From Catajapyx aquilonaris (lineage: Eukaryota), in the NCBI GenBank assembly GCA_000934665.2, contig KZ538372.1, forward strand, positions 1 to 64,000: a stretch of 64,000 bases of DNA, written 5' to 3'. A program made the translations under genes and the position numbers. The notes beneath the pieces are model-generated. The model saw only the letters and a program-made list of their open reading frames with translations. It was not told the origin of the DNA and did no database searches. This document shows positions 53,633-64,000 of the stretch, one piece after another; positions within the stretch are counted from its first letter, which is position 1, and the number at the start of each line of letters is the position of its first letter.

Positions 53633-56600
53633 GTATGGGACCGGAAAAATTTAGCATTTTAAAGCAAGTTATCGTCGACAATTACTCTCAGCAATCTGAC
53701 AGTATGTTAGGTAGCCGCGACATGCATATACGTACTATGAGATGTGTGGCGTATGGTTGGGTATATCCGGGGCGGTAAATCCACGTATAGGCTATTACCT
53801 ATGTTTGCCATCTCTTTCATCGCATGAAAACATAATGCTGTTAGGCTTGATTTTAGACGATTAGGAGAGGGGGGGTGTTTGCATGCGTGACTGTTCGTCA
53901 AAATGCGCTTTCCTGAATTAGTAATAATGTGGGTAGGGAAAAAAGTTGATGCATTTGCTAAAAATGTATTTTCCCGCAAAAAACTGTAAATATTTGCACC
54001 TTTCAAACTGCATATATTCGCAATCCGGGCGCAAAACAACTTTCGACAACTGCTATTATTCCCAGTGTTTGAAATGCGGGTGCTGCTCTGCTCTCCAACA
54101 AAAGGCAATTGTTTCCGATCCATTCATTGTCTATAATAATCATTCCCAGAAGCAAACGAGCTCCGGCTAAATACATAGTTATCCATTCCATAACTAATGC
54201 AATTAATTAAAATAATACAACCTCCCGCAGCAAGAAGTTGACCAAAAATAGAAATGATGCGGCTTAGACGACCACACATTATTAAGAAATGAGCAGGACG
54301 TGTCATCAGGTACTCACGACCTTTTTAAAACTCTGAATAATTTTTGCAAGCCCCCGTACGCCACATCATCGTGCAAAAAATATATATACTCAGAGCAGAT
54401 CCTTTTTCCCTAGACGCCTCTGGTGGTAATTGAATCCGGCACCTAGCCGAAGAAGGCCGTGTATGTTCTCATTGAAAGTTGGGCGACTTTGATCCAGGTT
54501 TCACGCTTAGTAGGAGAGGATTGATTCTAACGCGCTCTAATGCCAATTTATGGCTGGCTGGCTTATGAGTCCTGCATGTGGCTGGTATAGGGTTCAGAAC
54601 TGAAAAGAGAGCCTTGGATGCTGCAGCTAAGGCCAAAAAGTTATAAGGCCCAACCCGCTGATTAAGTTCTCGGCTGCCTCCTGATTATGTAAGGGATCAT
54701 GGGGTGGAGGTCTTTTAAATGAGCTAATTCATGGAGTAAGCAGTTATGATTGTTGAGGAAATGCACAAGGCCGGCTGCTAAACCACTACTAACACTTGAC
54801 GGTCATCCTTTTCGATGATTCCGAGAAGCGTAACGCAAGGAATGCGAACCTGCTGTTTCTTGGCTTCTTTCCCAGGATGCTTATGTTTTTAGTCTTTAAT
54901 TATAGTGAATAGGGTTAGTCACGTGTTGTGTGACCTAGAGCCAAATAGTCGAAAATTAACCCCACGATGATCATAATTAAAATATCGGCTTTAAAAGTGC
55001 CTATATATGCCTAGCGTCCTATATGTAGGACACTTGTACCAATTTTTAGGCATGTAGGTTTTCATTTGCTCGTAAAAAAAATTAACAACATATTTCCGGG
55101 TTAAGTACATGTATTAAACTATACGACATTTAACCACTGACTTTATCTAGAAAAAAAGTTGAATTGCCAACCTTGAGAAGCCTGATAAAATCCTCCAAAC
55201 TTTTTCAGGTTGCGAGCAATTTTCTCACCTAGTTTATACCCCCACCGGACTTTTTTTTTGCAAAAACTTTCGCACCCTTAAAAGAAAAGTCGCAAATTTA
55301 TGCCTCCATTCGCGCAACTCACGGTTAATATTTAAAGCTTGCGGAATGCCGCATTCCTTTTGCCAACAGCTATAGTCCGCCCTCATTTGTCAACTCTTAC
55401 ATATATATCTGGTGGCCCAACTATTCTTTTTCTCCCTCATTTATTAGGTCACGTTTAGACGAAGACTGGGAAAGGGAGGGACACCCCCCTTTTCTCCTTG
55501 GTTCGTTCCCGTTGCAACACAATAGTGCCCTAGATACAGCGATATTTTCAACCCGAGTGATGGATGAGTCCTACGAGTCGGCATGGTTTTACTCGTTACT
55601 TACTCTTATGTGGCCCCGGGGATTCCGCCCGACCACCCTCTAGCCCCCGGAAATAACTGATTGATGCGCCAGTATCGGGTGTCCAAGTGACGTGAAGAAA
55701 GCCAAGTTTTTTTTTTTTCTTACACCCTATGTAGTCACTTCAGAAAAAAATGTGGTCGACACCTGCCAACGCAATCTTGTTTTGGCTTAATCATCTCTTG
55801 GAAAAGCCCCCTAGGGGTGCAGGTTATGTAATTTTCAATATGTCCGTCCTCATTTGGGTCGGGGGCATCGTATCTGTGGCCGTGATTTGCATAAGCTGGG
55901 TGCCTGCAAGATGTGCTTGTCCGACTGAATTACATCGCAGGCCCAGTGTAATCTCGGAGTAGTCATGGCCAGCAGGCACGGTTAAGCAACTCTCCTGTCC
56001 TCTGTTCTGGTAATCTTCTCAGGGCGTCCGTTTGGGGAATTCCCCGCTTTTCTCTCTCTCTGCCCATCTCTTGCAGGGGGCTAGATGTCCAGAGGATTCG
56101 GATGGGACTTTGGACAATACCAAATCCTCGGCTTTCGTCGGGACATTAGTCAAGTCCTGCCATCTGACTCCGTGGAAGGACGTCTCATTATGTGCAGGCT
56201 TTTTTTGTAACCCTAGCGGCATTGAATGGAAGGGAAAACAGCTAACAGTTATTAAAAATTGGGCATATGAACTTGCAGGATTTTTTTTTACGTAAGATCT
56301 CTCCTGCATAGTCGAATATTAAAGTTTTGTCAGCCTCAACCAGGATTTTGGGTGTATAAAGTATAAAATATGACTATCCATGCAGTGACGTGCAAAATCA
56401 CACTTCAGTTTTGAGAGGTAGGCTTCCGTGACAATGAATGACATGGAGGAGTAAGGGTCATAAAATGTGGGTATTGACCACGACTTTCTTCATCGACTTC
56501 TCTGCATAACCACCACGTATATTATTGCAGACACTTTTATATACCCTGTGAGTGTTCGAAATAATACGCAATGCAGAAATAATTTCTGAATCACCCTGTG

Positions 56601-59600
56601 TGTCCGTCACATTAGCACAGTAGAGTGTCCAACACGTCCACACTTTCGCTGGGATCTGTTCCCTGATTGCGGTGATGAATGGAGCACATTACGCGTGAGC
56701 ATCTAATTGTTTGCAACTCACCTCCTCGCAATAGATCAAGCCTTGATTGGCTCGTGTCTTCATGTCTCGAGGGTTAGACCAGGCCCCGGTTTCATTTCCA
56801 CGAGCCCTGCAGTGTAGTTGCCATGTACAGCAATTTTGCATTCCGGGATGAAAACAAGGGCCCTCAGGCTTCTATCCGCATTTCCGGACCCTAACCCCGG
56901 CGCTAAAAAGCAGGATACTCATGCCCGATAGATCGTTACGAGTCGTGATCCCATGATGTAACGCTGAAAAGCTGGTATGTTAACAACATCCGTGAATTGC
57001 AAACAAACCCGGACACTCGAATCGCATTGTGTTCTAAGAGAGTAGCCGTGTTTCCTTTGCATAAAACATGACCGAAATCAATTAGTAGTCGTTTAGAGGG
57101 AAATGAGAGAGTGAAACTTGGCAACATTGCCTGGCTCACTTGGACCAGGTGGCGCCACTCTTTGGAGGAAATATGTACTAAATGCACGTTGATGATGATT
57201 TGTTGCGATATGATGGGGCTTGTTCAGGCTAAGAATGCAACGTTTTAGGGGATGGTATACACGAGTCGATATTTTCAACGAGGTTCATGTAGGGTTTGTT
57301 CCGGAATGCGACCCCTCGTCGATTCGACCCAAATGACACGGGAAAGCACGGAGCATACAGAGTTCCATCATCACGGAGCCAACTTGTGCTGGAATTTTAG
57401 CTTCAAAGCTCCGGGTTTAGATTACAGGAGACATGGGACGAGTTTCATGGAACTGGTGGAGAGAGAATAATGAGAAGGGGGGTTTGTAGTTGCAGCATCT
57501 AGTCAAACAAGTTTCTGGTATGGGATAAGAGCAATCGAAACCGATGTAAATAATGCTTGTAGCTTTGGATCCGAGTTAATAATATTTTGCTCGGAGCGTT
57601 ACTATAGTATATAAGATATTTTACTTTCACAAAGTGGACTGGCTTTTCTTTCTTTCTTGTTATTGAACTGATCGACCACATCTCGCTGGAAGGGTTTCTT
57701 TGACGAGAATATACCGCACGGCTCTTTTCATCACGAAATTCTTCAGAAGCTGAAGAGGGTGGAAAAACCGTGCCATGGATTGGAAGTAGGCACATTCTTG
57801 GAAGAAAAAATATTCCGTCACAGTAGATACAAAGCAAACGTAGAATAATGCTTAATACTATTACACTGCATATACCGTGAAAGTCTGCGGAAGACATTTC
57901 GCAAACTGGCAACTGAGCCCCCCCTTTGTTAATTGAATTTTGCGTGCAGATATATTGTACTTTGCTTTCTTGTGGCTCAAGACTGATTGCTACCCTTGCA
58001 GTTCAGACAGGTTTTGCTGCACAGTTTCTTTTTTTCCGACTGTCTTTTCTGCTTTTAGTTTCCTTTTGAATTTTACTCCTGGCAAGTTTTTCTTCGCCCG
58101 GATGATTGACGAGTTATGGACAAATGGCATTTTAGGGCGCAACCTAAACTTGGCTCCACAAAGTCAGCCTGGCTGCCAGGATCAAAGTTGTGCAGCGACA
58201 CACTTGCTCAAAGCAAGGGAAAGTTGTCACGGGGTGAAACGACGCTGTATGATGCGAAAAAAGGGAATATTTAAATGAAGTATACCAGTCCGTCATACAG
58301 TGAACCCAATATCATGCACGTGCACTTCAAACCGCATGTTATTAAAGTCAACAAACATCAGAAGAGAAGCCTGGTACGCACTAAGTTAAGCAATAATGAC
58401 ATGAAAGCATAAAGAATGGTGCAAACTGATCTAAAATCTAGCATGTGCTATGAAAATCCCATAATTATTTTCACGTCACTCTCATCTGGGTACATTTACT
58501 AGGAGCAGCCAAAAAAAAACTAATTGCCTGGCGCTTTCCGTACCTAATGGTGCGTTAATCTCGAGTATCTCCACTCATTGCATTTGGAAATGGCAGCGCT
58601 GAATACCGGTGTAATATCCGCGAAACGTGCTGGCTTCCTGAGTGACACATACTGAGCTAGGTGAGGGTAAAATCAACCATCTCGACTCAAAAAGGTGCTT
58701 CTGAGCTACCGGCAGAGGATATTGCGCAATTTTCGTGGCGAAAGTGTGACAAATGGCAGTGAAATATTCCTGTAGAAGGTGAGGTGCTTGGTATAGGATA
58801 TCACGACTTAAAGATAAAGCGATTTATGTGACAGTGTTAACGATGCGACACCTTCGAAATTTATTGTCTTAATCTTGAACATTTTTTTTTGCAGAATTGT
58901 TCCTGTGATTTATATAATGTAATATATATGAAGATTTTCCTTACAAAGGAATAGAACTGTTGTTTGCTGAACTTACACGTTAGAGCTGGGGAGGCACACA
59001 GGAAGCAGCATGTATTTGCATTCCCCACATCGTTTACCAGTGGGACTTGGGAAACAAGCGTACGTAATTTCCCCTGTGGAATCGTGAAACCGTAGCCCAA
59101 GCCTGGTCATAAACAAGTCTATTTAAAACTGAAGCAAAATCTTTACCCGGCTTAGGGACACTTCGGCAATGGTAGGGGGGGTTTCTCGTGCTTGCCTTCA
59201 GCGGTGGCATATCTTATGCCACACGTGCTCGGGGCAAAAATACATCCTGCTGCTAGCAAATATGGCCAACCCTGATACCACTGCTGCTTTGTGTGTGTGT
59301 GTCTTGGCTCGATAGATTCTCATATGCCAGAGGATCGCAAAATGCGAGAAATATTATGTGTTTTTTTAAAACACAAATTCACTACATGAATTTGCAATGC
59401 GCATAAATGTCGATGCTAATAATTGCAGCAAGACTTTATTAACGTCAGAAATAAATGCACGCTGGTTGTGGTACACTTTTTGGAAAAATTGTGACAAAAT
59501 TCATAGTGGCGTTTTCACGCGATTAATTCTTGGCATATGATTAAAATTAATTGCGGCGTGTAATAATGTGTCCTCCCTGGTCCGCATTATATACTGCAAC

Positions 59601-61400
59601 ATTTATTAATCTGTATGTAACGTCACCTCATTAAATCCTGTCAATATGGCCGTTTAACCTCTAAAACTATGGAAATGCAAATTACATCTGTTTATAATGT
59701 ACACGGTGCGTCAGATGGTATAACAGGAAGTGAACTTGACCCAAATACCTGAACACTCACCACAAAGATTTTTAGAAACGCTTTTTTTTTTCTTTTGCTT
59801 TCTTCCGGGGGCCTATATACGATAGGGTAAGCTCCCATCCTTCCATCTCAAACCCAAACTCTGTTTTCATTTGACGGCTGTCGGTATTCCCCTTTCCAAA
59901 GTACAATTGGCCCCTTTCCAAAGACCTTGGTTCTGTGCCAATACACCACACTTTTCGTCCCAAGGAAAGCAGGATGTGATGGCACACAAATGCAGACTCT
60001 TCTTGCGAATCTGTTCACATATACATAACCCGGCGTCTCATATCGACATCAAAATTAAGTCTCCAAGTTTGCAATACTCCAGAGCGAAAATCTTTTTTCC
60101 GCGAAATTTCATCTTCCAAAGAAAAAGTCATTTCTTAGGAAGGGGGTCCCAATTACACGTTTTTAAAAGAAATTGCCGGAAGCAAGCTTTGCTAACGAGA
60201 TGGAAAGTTTACTTTGCAAACGTGACGCCCTCGAAAGCAATGCTACACTTGGGTTATTTTCAGGACGTACACTTGGGATGCACCCAATAATGCATTGTTA
60301 CTCGGTGGGGTCTTTCAAAAGCTGTAAGAGGGACATTAAAAATAACATCACATCTGTAAACCTAGGCGTGCTCCCAAGCTTCTAATCGGAGGATTGGACA
60401 CCGATTTTAATTAACGGGTGGTGATCATTGCGGCTCAGCTAATAAGCAGATTAACTCTGGAATAACACTGACTAGTTAGGTCCGGTTTCAGATAATCTGT
60501 GGGTTCGCAGCAAGGAAATGACCGCAATTTTTTTTTTGTAGACCCTGGAAAATCCAGCACATGGTAGCATTTTTGAGGGAAAATGCTACAAAGAAAAAGG
60601 GGACTGGGAGTTTCATCAGTGAACAGAAAAGGGGGAAGGTTAATCCTCCCTTGGCTTTGTTGAAGATTTATGAAGCGTTCACAATCTTTCATCACGGAAC
60701 CTCTGAGAAAGGAGAGAAAAAAAAGTGGGAGCAAAGGTCCATATACCGCTTAAGCTATACACAAGTTTCTGGGAGTTGCTGATGGAACGAAGCAAAAACA
60801 TAACATAAATGGCAGTTTCAGCCCCGAAAATTTTCATCATTTCAAATATTTTCCACATAATTCTGCTAATCAAATCCTTGCTGTACCTAATTAACCATGA
60901 GAGTTACGCAATAGATGATCGCTAATAGATGAGTTATTAATTTGCTGTGCAGTAACCGGCGTTAGTAATTATCTCAAATAATAACGAGCATATTATAACA
61001 AGTGGCCATTTTGTCACTGCCTGTTGGTTACAGGCTACCCCGTGTCCTGGTTGGTCCTGATAGAAAACAGTTCATGTTTAATCATGCGACCAAATTACCA
61101 AATCCGTGTACTGTAGTGACATCCTGCCGATTCTGCAGTCCAGCCGACTTGCCTGTTTGGCAGGTTGCTAATTGACCAGGATAATCCTGCAGTGCCATCC
61201 ATTATGGCATTCCGATGGCATTCCGATGTAACACTATATTGGCTTTTTATGAATGCATCGCGCGGAACCAATATTTTATGCACTTTTAAATGTGCATGCA
61301 ATGCAGGCGTATTAAATTCATTTTGTCGCAAAGCACATCAATGGCAGCAGGTAATTGTTCTGATTCTGTCCCTGGAGAGAGTTTGTATGGGGGGGGGGGG

Positions 61401-61403
61401 NNN
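61401..61403. other. Assembly gap (3 N) after a poly-G run
   Basis: The Ns directly follow a G12 homopolymer. Confidence 0.97.
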
Positions 61404-64000
61404 ATATCCATTATAAGAAACTGGTATTGTCGCTAGGGAGGCTGCGGCGGTGTATATAGAGCCGATCGGTGGGGGAATTCTGCGGAGGGCTCCCCGAAAA
61501 TCCCCAATGGACCGCCGACAGGCGCCCCTAGGAAATTTCCGAACAAACGGGGGATTTGGCGACAATCAATGAGGTATCCCCGTAGGAAATCACCGCTGGC
61601 AAGTGCCACCTCTTTCATCTTGATTTAATGGAACGGGACTCGTTTTCCCGCCGCGCGAGAAATGCGCGCGTCGATCTCGCTCTACGGGGTTCTCAACTCT
61701 AGGCCTGAGTATTCTTTCCTTTTTTTTAACGGTCTTTTTTTTGAATTAAAATCGGTTATTTCGACAGTCAATTTGAGGTCGGAACCACATCAACGGAGCG
61801 AACTCTGAAAGTGTGCGGCCAGGTGCAACATGTTATGCAATCCAGAGAGTCCCAATAGCATGTTCCACCCATTATGATCGGTAATTGCAGGTCGCATTTG
61901 TGATGTGAGTTTCCTCCAATGATGCTTGTGCAGAACGCGTACCAAACCAGTCGCAACTAAAAATTCAGCAAGCAGCCCGCTACATGCAGATTTTAACATA
62001 TTAATCGGATTGGAATTTGCTGAAATTTATTTTAATTTGTTACTAAAGTATGTTGTGTTGAATGATCTGGATAAGAATAGGCCTAATTATTTTAATAACA
62101 TAACTATAAATTTTCCGCAAGTTTCAGACCTTCCATTCATGACATGCATGATATGATCAGTCACATCTCCGAGATACAAATGTCATTTCGATTTACCACC
62201 CCCAACAAGCGTGACCCCGTGGCCTCACCCATGGCAACGACCAAACTACGTAATAGCCGTGTGATTCCCTTGGAACACTGCCATAGAAATCACTGGAAAT
62301 ACTGATTTTGAGTGGGTGTCATCAAAATGGAAACCGTGTAATCACCACCTACTACTAGAGAACATTTCAGTAAAAGGAAGATAGTTTCAGAGCTTGAATA
62401 GCCAGGGAAAGGTCGCCGACTGGTCTCCATTAAATGCCAATGTACAGCAAAGGAATCGCAGGCTGTTCATCAGAATGTCCTCACTTTCCACCAAATATAA
62501 ATGTCTTTTGCTGCGAAGAGCAATTTGTCTCCGACTTCTGCAGATACAATCGAAAAAGCTCATATTTCTGCTTGGCGTGTCACTTTGGGGGCTCTTGCGT
62601 GTTTCGCGAATAATAATATATAAGTAAACAGGGAGACAAGGGAGTTTTTGATCAATCACCGGACAATACGCGAAATTGGATGAATACTGCGGGTAAATAT
62701 TCCAAGTCTTTCAGAATTAATTTATAGGTCACAATGGCCCAAGTTATAATTCACTCTATCCGAAATGTCATCTTTAATCATCATATTGAATATTTTCAAT
62801 GCTGAACCTATAGTTAGCAAAGTTAGTATAGTGGCCATTGAGCAGAACATTGATCAACATGCAGGTTTCGTGTGACAAACATGTCGTAAAATGTTCAAAA
62901 ACGCGGATATCTCTGTCATAGGCAGCAAAGAGACACCATTTGGTCCCACATTTTTTTTTTGTCTCCATTCCCAGATAGATGTCTGTGCCGCCTCGAAAGT
63001 GCCCAGTCAGCTTCTCCTATCGAAGGCCATGCCCGAGAGATCGTGCAACTCTCGGTCTTTTTTTCTCTCTCTTCTCTTTTTCCACCTACCCATCCCACCC
63101 ACCCCATCCACAAAGAGCTGCCGGCTTATCTTTTGTCTGCAATAAGTCAGACGCACAGATGGTGGTAACCACGTCAAAGACTCTTCCTCCTATTCGAAAT
63201 AGGACGAACCCTCTTCCGCTGATTGCAGTTCTGTGCTTCATTTCACTGCACCCAGAGATGCAAAAAAAAGCACTTTCGATCACATCGACCTTGTCTCTGA
63301 AATGTCTGCTATAAAAACATTAAGGTTCCTTTTTCCCGATCGGTTACGACAGACATCGTCTTAAAACACGGGCGTTTCTCATCGCGTCGACGGAATTTAG
63401 ATGGTGTGTAATCCCGGGTGCTAAGACAATGCACATGTCTCTTTCTCATGTAAGCCAACCACTTTTTTCTTTGGTTTAACCCTCTCTGTAGTATAGGCAC
63501 GGTCAATTCCTCAGCAACGCTCGTAACCGTCCACAGCATTTCTCTTGCGGGATTTAGTTGGAGCCGCGCTCTCCATTACCTTCCTTGATTCCGACAAAGA
63601 GAACAAGGGAAGCCCTTTTTGTCGGCGTGAAATTTCATTACAGGAAACAACCCCAATTACTCCCATAACAGAGGCAATGAGGGGGATATAGTCCAGCCTG
63701 ATGCAGCAGCTTGTTTCTTATCCAGCCTATAGTTATGCTAATCGAGTTCCTATATAGAGTGGGAGGTATATGCACTGCAAATTGCGGCAATGCAGTTGCT
63801 AGAGTCGATATTTTTTTTATATTACCAGACCGATTTGGTTGTTGCTCCACAGACGGACGGACAGAGACAGACAGGGCTTGTAACAGGCCACGCTCGTCCT
63901 TCAATCAAATCAATTGGTTGGTGCCTACATTGCCCAGACGACCCTTATACTGGTGCGTCCAAACGATGTTTCCTGTCATCTCTGGTCACACACAGTAAGC

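Noticed and set aside
54999..55058. Small palindromic MITE-like remnant (GTCCTA-tatg-TAGGAC within ATGCCTA/TAGGCAT)
   Set aside because: Too short and degenerate, with no clear TSD.

Overview
This is gene-sparse eukaryotic DNA with animal, invertebrate-like features; it is not prokaryotic, and almost all ORFs in the track look spurious. The only gene I can identify is DCP1 (mRNA-decapping activator) on the minus strand. Coding exon 1 lies at 24045-23917 and the 41-nt exon 2 at 15310-15270, separated by an 8.6-kb intron; I could not find exon 3 by eye, so it probably lies beyond the left edge. Mobile elements include an internally deleted Tc1/mariner relic, a non-autonomous Helitron in the DCP1 promoter, two tRNA-derived SINEs with target-site duplications (TSDs), a small MITE-like hairpin and two tandem repeats. 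The most interesting signals are (i) plus-strand exon-like elements inside the DCP1 introns and a candidate phase-1 first exon at 53566, suggesting a large divergent or overlapping gene, possibly the Cav1 channel as in vertebrate DCP1-CACNA1C/D loci (inference only, no channel sequence seen); (ii) a bounded CpG-depleted domain in DCP1 intron 1; (iii) a candidate poison exon in DCP1; and (iv) two SINE families sharing one structured 3' tail. I saw no CRISPR array, rRNA gene or bona fide tRNA gene.
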